From the IMG/VR virus record IMGVR_UViG_3300049437_000244, positions 1 to 56,435 of that record: a stretch of DNA of 56,435 bases; one strand, 5' to 3'. Positions 1 to 9,317 of this stretch are shown here, piece by piece (position 1 is the stretch's first letter; every line of letters begins with the position of its first letter). Below the pieces are notes generated by a model. It was not told the origin of the DNA and made no database searches. It saw nothing but the letters and a program-made list of their open reading frames with translations. Source of the DNA: a virus (Duplodnaviria > Caudoviricetes). The position numbers and the translations under genes are program-made.

Positions 1-1122
1 TCACTGGGCTTTCCCTCCACGTTTGTGCTTGTTTTGGCCCCGTTCGTGGGCGGCGTACCCCGCGACCGACCGGAGCGCCGTCGCCATGTCCGAGGTCGTC
101 ACGATAGCGTACCTATCGAACGTCCGGCGGGTTCTGTGCCCCGAGATCGCCATGATGGTCCGCTCGTCGACACCAGCCTCTCGAAGGGCGCGGATCGCAG
201 AGCGGCGAAGGTCGTAGACCAGTGTCGACGCGGGCAGACCGGCGACCTCGAGCGCCCGGGCCCAGGCCCCGTACCAGCCCTTCGAGAAGCCGCCGCTCCG
301 TCTCGTCGCGGGCTTCCCGCCGTTGTGGAAGATCAGCGGCGACCGCATCCGCTTCGCCTTCCGGCGGGCGATCACGGCCGCGATCTCTTCGACGAGGGGC
401 AGCACGCGGGGGTCGCCGGTCTTCGCCCCAGCAGGCTCCAGGCAGAGGACGCCGGCCTTCTCGTCGAGGGCGCTCCACCGCAGGGAGGCGATCTCGCCGG
501 GCCGCATCGCCGTCAGGGCGAAGAAGGCGACGAAGTCACGGAGGTCGTCGTCGGGAATGGAGTCGATGAGCAGGCTCATCTCCTCGCGAGAGAGGAAGCC
601 GGTACGGACCCCAGCGTCACGGTTGCCGAGGGTGCGGATGTTCGGCTCCCACGTGATCCGCCCGTCCTTCTTCGCAAGCGCGCAGGCGGCACGGAGGATC
701 TCGAGCTCCCGGTTGATCGTGGCGACCGCCCGCCCCTTCTTCCTCCGAGTCTTGATGTACCGCGAGACCGTGTCCGAGGAGAGCAGCGTGAGACGAGTCG
801 ACCCGATCTCTTCGATGACGGCCTTCGCGTGGGACGACGATGCGCGAAGCGAGCGCAGGCCCCTCGTTTCGGCGTCGTCAAGGTACGCCTCGACGACTCG
901 CTTGACGGTCATCTTCGCCGCGGCCGGCCCGGCGTACTGGCTGCGCCCCTCGCGGTGCAGACGAACGTCCGCGAGTCGCCGCGCGAGCAGCTTCCGGGCC
1001 TCCGCCTCGGTCGCGCCGCCGGGCTCGCGTACCTGTTCGTTTCTCCCTCGGACGGGCGCGTAGTAGGCGATCCAGTAGCGGCGTCCGCGAAGGTAGACGC
1101 GACCGTCGCCGTAGGGTGTCAT
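1..1122 (-). CDS. int: Tyrosine recombinase / phage integrase
   Basis: N-terminal arm-binding-like segment (GRVYLRGRRYWIAYY). Catalytic motifs AMRPGEI, AKTG, YDLRR, ISGH and FDRY. Confidence 0.95.
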   Translation of the reverse strand: MTPYGDGRVYLRGRRYWIAYYAPVRGRNEQVREPGGATEAEARKLLARRLADVRLHREGRSQYAGPAAAKMTVKRVVEAYLDDAETRGLRSLRASSSHAKAVIEEIGSTRLTLLSSDTVSRYIKTRRKKGRAVATINRELEILRAACALAKKDGRITWEPNIRTLGNRDAGVRTGFLSREEMSLLIDSIPDDDLRDFVAFFALTAMRPGEIASLRWSALDEKAGVLCLEPAGAKTGDPRVLPLVEEIAAVIARRKAKRMRSPLIFHNGGKPATRRSGGFSKGWYGAWARALEVAGLPASTLVYDLRRSAIRALREAGVDERTIMAISGHRTRRTFDRYAIVTTSDMATALRSVAGYAAHERGQNKHKRGGKAQ

Positions 1123-1418
1123 TTCTTAGCCCTCCTGATGTGCTCTTGCACTCCCCGTGCGGAGAAACGAACGAGCCCGCCTTCGCGTTGGGCGAACGGG
1201 AGCCTGTCGGCCTTACGGTAAAGAGTCGCCGGGGACATCCTCAGAATCGGCGCGGCCTCCTGCGCCGTCAGGAGTCGGTCGGGCGGCTCGGGCCGAGAGA
1301 AGATGGCGTCGGCCATCGCCTTCAGGCGTGCGAGCTCCCCGAGGAGACGCAGGAGGCCGTCCGACGACTCCGAGAGGATCGCTTCCTCAAGCGAACGGAT
1401 GGCCTCTTCGTTGCTCAC
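1119..1418 (-). CDS. xis: Excisionase-like HTH protein
   Basis: LLTAQEAAPILRMSPATLYR is an Xis/HTH_17-type motif. Overlaps the int start (ATGA); GTG start at 1418 overlaps the upstream TAG. Confidence 0.8.
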   Translation of the reverse strand: MSNEEAIRSLEEAILSESSDGLLRLLGELARLKAMADAIFSRPEPPDRLLTAQEAAPILRMSPATLYRKADRLPFAQREGGLVRFSARGVQEHIRRAKK

Positions 1419-1627
1419 TACCGCCCTCTCCCCTTCTCCTGGCGATGGCACTCACGCGCCGTTCGCCAGAGCTCGTCGTTCGCGCGGCGGCCAGCCCGTC
1501 GCCGCTCCTTCCAGAGCCGGCGCGTCGCCTCGTCGTTCAGGTTCCAGTCGTGCGTCTTCCCGAGCGCCCAGAGGGCTCGGTACCAGCGCGCAAGGACCCG
1601 GGCGAGGGTCGGCCGACTCGTCGTCAT
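1418..1627 (-). CDS. Hypothetical protein
   Basis: 69-aa ORF coupled to the xis start within the operon. Confidence 0.55.
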   Translation of the reverse strand: MTTSRPTLARVLARWYRALWALGKTHDWNLNDEATRRLWKERRRAGRRANDELWRTARECHRQEKGRGR

Positions 1628-1642
1628 CGCGCCGGACCCGCC

Positions 1643-2515
1643 TTACCCACGGTCGTCCTCGTCCGCCCGGGGTACATGTACCTCGGGCGCCGCGGGGGCG
1701 ACCGGACGTCCGCACCCGACGCACGTCTCGTGGCCCAGCTCGCCCTCCATGGCCCGGTCGATGGTCTTCGGGCCCACGCCGCGGAGCGCGGCGACGGCGA
1801 TGACGGTCGGGCACGAACTCTTGCGCGAATACGGCGCGTTCGCCCGACACCAGCGGCAGCGGCCTCCGCGGATCTTCGGAACCGCAAGGCGGCGGAGCGC
1901 CTCCGTCGTGGCGTCGGGCGCCCCCGCGAGCGCCTTCCGAACGATTCGAAGGGTCGCGCTCCGAGACTCTGGCCGCTGAACCGCCGCGTTGAGCTCCACG
2001 TGGTGCCGCTCCACATCTTCAAGGGCGCGCCGATAGACTAGGGCCTGCGCCCCGTCTGGCAGCTCGGCCACGGCGGGCCCCTTCGCCCTCTCCATGCCCA
2101 GCTCGCGCGCCACGGCGAGGAGCCAGTTGAACGTCATCGTTTCGTCGTGGGTGAGCTTCCCGAGGAGGGCTTGGACGTCACGCGCCGGGTCCGCCGGCGA
2201 CGGTGCGACTGCCGACGCGGCCGTCAGGATGGCGCGCTCCCGCTGGACGATCTCCAGCACGGCCGGGGCCACGCGGATGCACTCGTGCCCGTCGACCCCG
2301 CACGACTCCCCGTCCTCGCCGTAGCTCTCGTGCTCGGACGACGGGCAGCCGCAGAGGCAGATGGCGTTGTCGAGGGCGAGGCCCCCCTCGAGCGTGTCGA
2401 TGGTGTCGAGCGCGTGTCGGATTGCCGCCATGTCGTTCCGCGAGAGATCCCAGGTCGGGTCGCCCTCCGCCATCAACCTGAGGCGGGACAGCATGTCGGC
2501 GGGGGTCTCGCTCAC
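1643..2515 (-). CDS. Hypothetical Cys-rich phage protein
   Basis: GTGA overlap with the upstream gene gives a start at 2515. Several CxxC/CxC motifs. Confidence 0.6.
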   Translation of the reverse strand: MSETPADMLSRLRLMAEGDPTWDLSRNDMAAIRHALDTIDTLEGGLALDNAICLCGCPSSEHESYGEDGESCGVDGHECIRVAPAVLEIVQRERAILTAASAVAPSPADPARDVQALLGKLTHDETMTFNWLLAVARELGMERAKGPAVAELPDGAQALVYRRALEDVERHHVELNAAVQRPESRSATLRIVRKALAGAPDATTEALRRLAVPKIRGGRCRWCRANAPYSRKSSCPTVIAVAALRGVGPKTIDRAMEGELGHETCVGCGRPVAPAAPEVHVPRADEDDRG

Positions 2516-2760
2516 GCGCCCCGCCTCCACTGCGCGGCCTGCGCGCAGGTCGCAAAGTGCGACGCGTGGAGATCCGGAGCGCTGCGGCGCTCGTCCTCGC
2601 GGATGAAGATCGCGAGGGGGCCGTTCGGATCCCCGGGCCGGTCCTCGAGGCGGAAGGTCCCGATCGACTCCGGGTCCGCGTCGACCGGCATCCGCTTCCC
2701 CTTCTCGGTCTCCGCCCAGATGATCTCGGCTCCGCACGTGCGGCAGTTCGACGTCTTCAT
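2512..2760 (-). CDS. Small Zn-binding phage hypothetical protein
   Basis: MKTSNCRTCGAEIIW...MPVD...SHFATC, a common phage early-gene pattern. GGAGG RBS. Confidence 0.75.
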   Translation of the reverse strand: MKTSNCRTCGAEIIWAETEKGKRMPVDADPESIGTFRLEDRPGDPNGPLAIFIREDERRSAPDLHASHFATCAQAAQWRRGA

Positions 2761-2916
2761 CGAGCCTCCTTCGCGCTGGGGAGTCGCTTCTCGAGGTGGC
2801 TCCCCACCGGGAAAGAGGCCCTCTCCGCCCGCTGCTGCGGGAGGCGGCACAGCCCGAGCGTCGGACGCTGGCGCGCGGTGCAGGCGGAGAGAGCGCGGTC
2901 ACTCATCGTTCGTGTT

Positions 2917-3279
2917 TCAGGCGTCGGCCTTCGTCGCTTCCCGGACTTCAGGGAAGAGATCGACGTTGCGCTCCTGCTCGGTCATCGGTCGGCTGTCGAC
3001 CACCTCGCCGGTGTCGACGCGGACAATCTCGACGATCCGGCGGGCATAGTTCTTCGACTCGTGAACCTCGACGGGACGAGGCTCGACCTTCTCTCGGACG
3101 ATTCGGGCGACGTCGGTGATCTCCCGGTTGAGGTCATCGAGGCGCTTCTTCATCGCCGCCTTTGCGTCCTTCTGGTCGTCCTCCTCGATTGCCAGCTCGT
3201 GCACCTTCGTCGAGAGGAGGCTCGCCTTCGTCAGGAGCTCCTCCTCGTTGAGGCGAACCGGGAGCATCCGGGTGTCCAT
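2917..3279 (-). CDS. Hypothetical coiled-coil protein
   Basis: 120-aa ORF with protein-like composition, in operon. Confidence 0.7.
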   Translation of the reverse strand: MDTRMLPVRLNEEELLTKASLLSTKVHELAIEEDDQKDAKAAMKKRLDDLNREITDVARIVREKVEPRPVEVHESKNYARRIVEIVRVDTGEVVDSRPMTEQERNVDLFPEVREATKADA

Positions 3280-3282
3280 CGG

Positions 3283-3474
3283 CTACTCGCCTCCGGAGCA
3301 GGCCGGCATCTTCTCGGTCACCGTGCCGTCGGGGAGTCGGTAGACCTGGACGGAGACCTTCTCCCCCTTGAAGCGCGGCTTCATCGAAGGCCTCCTCTTC
3401 CTCGTCGTCTTCACACGGCAGCGCGTGCAGGCGCCGGTTCCGGTCAGGTCCTTCCATTTCCACTGGTGCCTCAT
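3283..3474 (-). CDS. Hypothetical protein
   Basis: 63-aa ORF with RBS, in operon. Confidence 0.6.
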   Translation of the reverse strand: MRHQWKWKDLTGTGACTRCRVKTTRKRRPSMKPRFKGEKVSVQVYRLPDGTVTEKMPACSGGE

Positions 3475-3496
3475 CTCGGCACTCCTTCCTGGGCTC

Positions 3497-3745
3497 TCAG
3501 AGCCCTTCGAGATCGACTTCGAAGCCCTGGTCGATCTGTTCGCCCAGGGGGGTTTCCACGGGGGCCTCGCGCGGAGCGCAGCGGTCGCACCGGTGGCCCC
3601 TGAGGTCCGGAGAGGCGGACCAGCCTGCGTTCCTCGCGATGACTTCCGCTTCCACGGGAGTCAGCCCGGCCGGCGCCGGCCGGTCGCAGTGCTCGGCATC
3701 GCAGGAAACGAAGAAGACCTTCTGGTCACGAGCGCGGAGGCTCAT
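3497..3745 (-). CDS. Hypothetical Cys-containing protein
   Basis: ATGA coupling with the upstream gene. CD...C...GW...H.C..C pattern. Confidence 0.6.
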   Translation of the reverse strand: MSLRARDQKVFFVSCDAEHCDRPAPAGLTPVEAEVIARNAGWSASPDLRGHRCDRCAPREAPVETPLGEQIDQGFEVDLEGL

Positions 3746-4065
3746 TTCACGCGCTCCCAGCTCTTCGCGACGAAGGCCCACTTGAGACCGGGCTGGAAGG
3801 TGACGATGTCGGAGTGCGGATCGGCGTCCTCGTCGGTACAGGTCGCGATGCCGGCAAAGAGGGCGCCCGCGGTCAGGACGGTGAGCGCCCAGACGGCGAG
3901 GTGCGCCTTGCCGTAATTGGCCATCAGGACGGTTCCGTCGGAGCAGACGACGAGCGCGTTGGGCTGCTCGTCCTGGCGATACGCCCCGCTCTCACCCGAG
4001 ACATCTCCATCGAACTCGATCAGGTCGTCGGACGAGCCGTAGATTCGGGTACCGGTCTCGCTCAC
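3742..4065 (-). CDS. Conserved phage hypothetical protein
   Basis: GTG start coupled to the upstream stop. IYGSSDDLIEFDG motif. Confidence 0.7.
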   Translation of the reverse strand: MSETGTRIYGSSDDLIEFDGDVSGESGAYRQDEQPNALVVCSDGTVLMANYGKAHLAVWALTVLTAGALFAGIATCTDEDADPHSDIVTFQPGLKWAFVAKSWERVK

Positions 4066-4670
4066 GCCGCCCTCCCGCTCTCGCCTCGCGCGGCCGCGAT
4101 CGCCGCGTTCAGCTCGGCCATCCGTTCGTGCGAACCGCCTCGGTCGGGATGCGCGTCGCGCGCGAGCTCGCGGTAACGGAGTTCGACGTCGGCGAGGGAC
4201 GGATTCGTGCCGGGCACGCCGAGGACGTCGCGCCACGGGCGCTGGGTCACAATCGCCGGCGGGAGAGCCGCGAAGCCGCGGAAGGCGGCCTCCATCATGT
4301 CGCCGCTCCCCCAGCGCTCGATGCCCCGAAGCGCCTCGATCGTCTTCCCGATCGCGTAGAGGTTGTCGTGCGTCCGGTCCCAGCGGTCGCACGCCAGGAC
4401 GACCTGTCGGTCCTTCAGGTTGAAGTAGACGGCCGCGCCCGGGTCCGCCACCGGCACGTTCGCGCGCGGCAGACCATCCGTGCGGAGCGGGACGTTCGTC
4501 GAGATGATGAGGTTCCGCGCGTGCAGTCGGCCGACTTCGAGCTGTAGGAACTTCAGGGCGTCCCCGAAGCCGCTACGGAACTTCGAGCGGTGGCGCTTGT
4601 AGGTCGGGGTCCTCGGCCTCCCTTCGGGCCAGTAAAGGGGGAAGGCTTCGATCTTCGTCGTGTAGGCCAT
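4062..4670 (-). CDS. Phage J-domain-containing protein
   Basis: C-terminal J domain (WRDVLGV...YRELARDAHPDRGGS...MAELNAA) with intact HPD. N-terminal FPLYWPEG domain. Confidence 0.85.
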   Translation of the reverse strand: MAYTTKIEAFPLYWPEGRPRTPTYKRHRSKFRSGFGDALKFLQLEVGRLHARNLIISTNVPLRTDGLPRANVPVADPGAAVYFNLKDRQVVLACDRWDRTHDNLYAIGKTIEALRGIERWGSGDMMEAAFRGFAALPPAIVTQRPWRDVLGVPGTNPSLADVELRYRELARDAHPDRGGSHERMAELNAAIAAARGESGRAA

Positions 4671-6116
4671 CTACGCCGCCCTCCCCTCTTCCGGCGTGGG
4701 GCTGGTCCGGACGCTGAACTCCCCTGCCGTCACCCGCCCGACGACGAACTGGAGACCGGTAGCGGCCGCGGCCGCCTCGAAGGCCTCGAACGTCTCCGGG
4801 TCGAGCGCTTCCGCGTTGTCGACGACGATGAGGCCGAGCTTGCCAGCGCGGAGCTTCGCCACCTTGAGCGCGACCTGGATCTGCCGTCCCCGGTTCACCC
4901 GCTCGAACGGGATGCCGTCCACGTAGACCAGGCCGCCGCGGATCTCGAGGCCCTTGATCGGGAGCCGCTCGAGGAGCGAGGCCTTCAGACCGTCGAGGCG
5001 GTCGATCGTCGCCGTGAGACGCCCGGCCTCCTGCTCGAGACCCTCGGCCTCCTCGGCGAGACGATCGGCGAGGCGGCGCGTCTCGGCGTTCTGCGTCGCG
5101 ACGCGCGACCGTTCCTCCGCCTGGCCGATGCTCGCGGTCATCGCCTCGAGCCGCGGCCCGAAGTCCCTTTCGATCTCCTCGAGCTGCCCCTTGGCAGAAG
5201 CCGTCACCTGCTCGATCGCCGTATCGGCATCCTCGCGCGTGTCGCCGACGCGCCCCTCGTGGGCGGCCTCCTCGGCCTTGATCGCGGTCTTGGCCTCCTG
5301 TCGGATCGCCTCGATGCGCCGATCGGCGTCCACCTCGATCTCGTAGACCTTCACCTTGAGTGCTTCCCGGAGCTCCTCGAGGACCTGGTCCCGGCTCCGC
5401 TTCCGCTCTTCGATCTGAGCGTCCCTGGTCCGCTCGCTGTTCCGAGTCTTCGTCTCCTTGGCGGAGGCGAGCGCCTCCTTCTCGGCGAGGAGGTCGGCCA
5501 GGTTGTCGGCAGCCTCCTCGACGGCGGGGACCGTCCCGCGCAGCTGCACGGCCGTCGTTCGCTTGTCCTTCAGGGAACGGTTGACGCCGGTCCGCTCGTT
5601 GAAGACGAGGTCGCGGAGGATCCCGATCTGGTCCAGGGCCGATCCCTTGATCACCTCGACAGGGCGCCCGAGGGCGGCCTGGAGCTCCTCGCGCGTCACG
5701 ACCAGGGGCATCACCTCGGCGAGGTACTCGGCGCGCTTCGCCGGCGGGCAGGTCAGGATCGTGAGGGGGTCGATACCGAGCTCGTCGACGAGCGAGTCGA
5801 AGATCTTGCGGGGGGTCGAGACCTTGCCGCCAACCGGGAGTCGGACGTCGAAGGTCGATTTGACCTCGCCGTCCTTTCGCCTCCAACGGCCAAGGAACTC
5901 GGTCCCGTCTTCCGTGACGATCCTGACGCTCCCCTCGTTGGCGCCGGCGCGGAGGAGGGTCGAGTCGCCACCGCCGCGGAACGGGGCGCGGATGGCTTCG
6001 AGGGCGCTCGTCTTGCCGGAGGCGTTCCGGCCCTCGAGAACCGTCACGGCTCCGGGCCTGATGGTCAGCTTCTCGTGTCCGAGGATGTTCTCGATTTCGA
6101 TGAGAGAGACCTTCAC
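4671..6116 (-). CDS. SMC/Rad50-like (AAA_23) ATPase
   Basis: Walker A GRNASGKTS, long coiled coil, C-terminal Walker B IVVDNAE with D-loop LD. Confidence 0.85.
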   Translation of the reverse strand: MKVSLIEIENILGHEKLTIRPGAVTVLEGRNASGKTSALEAIRAPFRGGGDSTLLRAGANEGSVRIVTEDGTEFLGRWRRKDGEVKSTFDVRLPVGGKVSTPRKIFDSLVDELGIDPLTILTCPPAKRAEYLAEVMPLVVTREELQAALGRPVEVIKGSALDQIGILRDLVFNERTGVNRSLKDKRTTAVQLRGTVPAVEEAADNLADLLAEKEALASAKETKTRNSERTRDAQIEERKRSRDQVLEELREALKVKVYEIEVDADRRIEAIRQEAKTAIKAEEAAHEGRVGDTREDADTAIEQVTASAKGQLEEIERDFGPRLEAMTASIGQAEERSRVATQNAETRRLADRLAEEAEGLEQEAGRLTATIDRLDGLKASLLERLPIKGLEIRGGLVYVDGIPFERVNRGRQIQVALKVAKLRAGKLGLIVVDNAEALDPETFEAFEAAAAATGLQFVVGRVTAGEFSVRTSPTPEEGRAA

Positions 6117-6125
6117 GGCATCACC

Positions 6126-7256
6126 TCAGAGGTCGAAGGCGCCGGGCGTGGCCGCGGGAAGGGCCGGGGGCGGCGACAGGACGGCCGGAGGCGCCAGGAG
6201 GGCCTCGGGGGCCGGGCGGGGCTCGAGGTCAACGAAGCGGGGCGCGAACGGGGCATCGGGAGCGGCCTTCGGGCGGATATCGGCCGAGGACGCCTCGAGG
6301 ATCGGCAGGTAGGACCGCCGCACGCCCGAGACCTTCTTGGCGTACGGCGCCTTCACGTCGGCCGGGATGTCGTAGACGGTTCGCGAGGAGGGCTTGGCAA
6401 CGACGAGCCAGCCGCCGACCGAGGTCTCCCCCGGCTCCGTGAACGCTTCGCGGAGGTCCTCGTCGAGGTGCTCGTACTCGTGATGGGCCTCCTTCAGCTC
6501 TTCATGCCGCGCGATCTTCTCGGCGAGCTCGGCGTCGTAGAGAGCCGAGAGACCCGGGCCGAAGGCGAGGTCCGGCACGCACTTCGTCAGGAACGGGCAG
6601 TCCCGGCAGTGGTCGCCCGGCTCGGGCGGAAGGTCCTCGCCCGCGGCAATGGCCGAGTTGACGACGAGGAGCTGATCCCGCTTCAGCTCCATCGCGGCGA
6701 TGACGGCCGGGTCGTCGAGGCGGACTTCGATCGTGAAGGTCTCGAGGCTCTCCTTGTTCGCGAAGAAGAGGAGGCCTCCGGTCTCCAGGTCGAGCATCCG
6801 GGCGTAGAAGCCCACCTGCAGCGGGTAGCCGCGGAGGTACGCCTTTTCGGACTGGAGGAGCCCTTCCGCGGTGCCGGCACGGACGACCGTACGGAATCCG
6901 TTCCCACTCGCGGTCTTGAAGTCCGGGACCCAGACTCTCTTCTCGCGATCCCGGACCAGGCCGTCGATCTTCCCGGAGAGCTCGAGCTCGTCGTCGACGA
7001 GAGGCCTCTGCGTCTGCTCGACGGTGATCCCGGCGTCCTCGAGGAGCCGGACGAGAGCGGGCTCGAGCATCTTGCCGAGCCGGAACCGCCGCATGAGGCT
7101 CGGCTCGGGGAGCGCCTTCTCGGCCCAGCGCGTGCGGTTCCAGAGGAGCTGGCGCGAGCAGTCGATCCCGAGCTGAGAGGGCCAGTTCGAACGCTGCGGG
7201 TAGACGCTCCGCTCGCGCTCGAAGTAGGACGAGACGGCTTCGTCGAGGAAGCTCAT
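6126..7256 (-). CDS. PD-(D/E)XK Cas4/AddB-like exonuclease
   Basis: PSQL..C, SGKIDG, DFKT, LQV..Y, and C-terminal CxxC...C (CRDCPFLTKC) cluster. Confidence 0.8.
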   Translation of the reverse strand: MSFLDEAVSSYFERERSVYPQRSNWPSQLGIDCSRQLLWNRTRWAEKALPEPSLMRRFRLGKMLEPALVRLLEDAGITVEQTQRPLVDDELELSGKIDGLVRDREKRVWVPDFKTASGNGFRTVVRAGTAEGLLQSEKAYLRGYPLQVGFYARMLDLETGGLLFFANKESLETFTIEVRLDDPAVIAAMELKRDQLLVVNSAIAAGEDLPPEPGDHCRDCPFLTKCVPDLAFGPGLSALYDAELAEKIARHEELKEAHHEYEHLDEDLREAFTEPGETSVGGWLVVAKPSSRTVYDIPADVKAPYAKKVSGVRRSYLPILEASSADIRPKAAPDAPFAPRFVDLEPRPAPEALLAPPAVLSPPPALPAATPGAFDL

Positions 7257-7257
7257 C

Positions 7258-8247
7258 TCACCCCTCCGAGCCGGGCTCACGCTCGGCGGCCTTCGGCGGC
7301 GCGTAGAGCGGGTGCTTCTTCAGGTTCGTCCACGCCTGCGTGACCTGGAAGTCCTTCGTGATCCGGTCGAGGGAGTCGAATCCAGCGAAGTTCGGGCCGC
7401 TCGTGATCTCCCTGACGAGCTTCTTCGCAGCCCCGAGGTCTCCCCCGACGCAACGGGTCACCTCGGCCTTCAGCTTCTCGACCTCGGTCTTGATGTCGTC
7501 GGAGGTGACGGCGCCGGCGTTTCGGTCGGCCGAGCTTCCGAATCCGTGGCCCTTCCGGCAACGCTCGGTCTTCTTTCCCGAGGTGCCCCAGGCCCGCTCG
7601 AGGTCGGAGATGGGAACCCGCGTCATGCCGCAGAGGACGCGGACCGACTTCGTCAGGAGCCCGGTCAGGACCGACGAGCGGAGGTCGCCCTCGAAGGCGC
7701 CGACCTTCTTGTCCTTGTCGTGCGTGAACCTCCCGGCCTCGTCGACTGTCCGGCCGGTGAAGTCCTCGTCCGAGCGGCGGGTCATCTCGATCATCTGCTC
7801 CCGGCCGTTGATCCGGGACCAGGCGTCGCAGGCACCGCGGAAGCCGAAGATCCCGGGGCTGTAGACGACCCGCTCGGGGTCGAAGAGCCCCTGGTCGTCG
7901 CGGGGGCGGACGTTCGAGAGCTTGATCCCGTAGACCTCGGCGACGAGCTGGGCGCCGGAGGCCGCGAGCATCGCGTGGACGTTCCCCTGCGGGTCCTTGA
8001 AGAGGATCCAGTCCTCCGGACGCGTCCGGTTGATGGCGACGAGGTAGCAGGTCTCGATCAGCCTCGTTCGCCGCTCGAAGATCTCCTCGGCCTCAGCCAT
8101 CGCGGAGAGCTTCTCGACGAAGGAGCGTTCGGCACGCTCGGTCTGGCGCGACTCCTCGAGGATCTCGTCGAGAAGGCGGCTGGAGGGCTCGGCCGGGCTC
8201 GGAGACGAGGGCGAGACGTACTCGGTGACCTTGTGGATGGCGCTCAT
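7258..8247 (-). CDS. Putative single-strand annealing / recombination protein
   Basis: Directly upstream of the exonuclease, typical size, EREPG-type C-terminal tail. Family not recognised. Confidence 0.45.
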   Translation of the reverse strand: MSAIHKVTEYVSPSSPSPAEPSSRLLDEILEESRQTERAERSFVEKLSAMAEAEEIFERRTRLIETCYLVAINRTRPEDWILFKDPQGNVHAMLAASGAQLVAEVYGIKLSNVRPRDDQGLFDPERVVYSPGIFGFRGACDAWSRINGREQMIEMTRRSDEDFTGRTVDEAGRFTHDKDKKVGAFEGDLRSSVLTGLLTKSVRVLCGMTRVPISDLERAWGTSGKKTERCRKGHGFGSSADRNAGAVTSDDIKTEVEKLKAEVTRCVGGDLGAAKKLVREITSGPNFAGFDSLDRITKDFQVTQAWTNLKKHPLYAPPKAAEREPGSEG

Positions 8248-8257
8248 GTGCGGGCTC

Positions 8258-8671
8258 CTACGCGGCCCTCGGGCCGCTGTTGTTCGTGGTGGAGAGGTGG
8301 ACGAGCTCGCCGCAGGGGGCGTGCCATTCGTCCGGAAGCGGCCCGCGGGACTCGTCGGCTGGCGAGGCCGGTTCGATGGTGGCGGGATTCAGAAGGAAGT
8401 CGCGAAGAGTGGCCTCGGCGCTCGCGCGACGAGCGCGGCGCTCCGCGTCCCAGCGGTGGAGGAGTCCCGCCGCGGAGCGCGGCTCGTGGCGTCGGTAGGC
8501 GGCGCGCGCGAGGACTGCGACGAAGCACGAGGCCCCGACGCAAAGGACGACCTGGACGACCGGGTGAGTGACGATCTCGGCGAGCCCCTCGCGCGTGTCG
8601 TCCGTCCCCGTGAGGTAGAGGACGGCGAGCTCGCCACCGAAGACCACAGCGAAGAACGTGGCGCGCTTCAT
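8258..8671 (-). CDS. Hypothetical membrane protein
   Basis: Two hydrophobic segments; coupled start. Confidence 0.6.
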   Translation of the reverse strand: MKRATFFAVVFGGELAVLYLTGTDDTREGLAEIVTHPVVQVVLCVGASCFVAVLARAAYRRHEPRSAAGLLHRWDAERRARRASAEATLRDFLLNPATIEPASPADESRGPLPDEWHAPCGELVHLSTTNNSGPRAA

Positions 8672-8925
8672 GCCGCGCTCCTCGTGCGCCTGTAGGCGCG
8701 CTTCTTCGCACGAAGCTGCTCGGCGAACGGGGCCATACGATCGAGCCAGCGCGTCGCGCAGAAAAGGTCCTGCTCTTCGTGGGAGGAGAAGGAAAGCTCG
8801 TTGGCGTCGATGCGATCCCAGCCGATGGCGACGAGTCGCTTCAGGCCGCGGAGGACGCGAGCGGTCAGGAAGGGCCGGCGTATCACTCGGGGGGCCGGCG
8901 AGGAGACGGGAGCGGGCGCGCTCAC
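8668..8925 (-). CDS. Hypothetical protein
   Basis: GTGA/ATGA coupling on both sides. Confidence 0.55.
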   Translation of the reverse strand: MSAPAPVSSPAPRVIRRPFLTARVLRGLKRLVAIGWDRIDANELSFSSHEEQDLFCATRWLDRMAPFAEQLRAKKRAYRRTRSAA

Positions 8926-9317
8926 GACGCGACTCCTGCCGCGGGCCCTTCGAAGGTCGCAGCCTGCTGGTCGGCGAGGCAGGACAGCTTCAGTAGGCGA
9001 AGGTACGACTCGAGGGCGGCGACCCGCTCGAGGTCCTCGGTCGGGATGCCGGCGCAGACGGAGACACACGCGACGGCCCGGCGGGCGGTCGCGAGCGCTT
9101 CCTCGCGTTCGCCTTCGAGTTCCTGGGCCTCGCGCTCTGCCTCGAACGCCGGTTCACCCCGCTTCGCGAGAGCGGAACGCTTCTGGTCGAGGCAGCCGAG
9201 CCGATTCGAACCGATCCGATTCACGACCGCGATGCAGCGGCCGCCGGCGAGGATCTCAACTCCGACTCTGCCGTACCAGCCGCCGACCTGCCAGGACTCG
9301 AGGACGACGACGCTCAC
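8922..9317 (-). CDS. Hypothetical protein
   Basis: GTGA coupling on both sides. Confidence 0.55.
   Translation of the reverse strand: MSVVVLESWQVGGWYGRVGVEILAGGRCIAVVNRIGSNRLGCLDQKRSALAKRGEPAFEAEREAQELEGEREEALATARRAVACVSVCAGIPTEDLERVAALESYLRLLKLSCLADQQAATFEGPAAGVAS

Noticed and set aside
4590-7343. Long plus-strand ORFs opposite core genes (also 23204-26782, 43100-45028, 51883-53868 and others)
   Set aside because: Antisense shadows of high-GC coding sequence; the recognisable proteins are on the minus strand.
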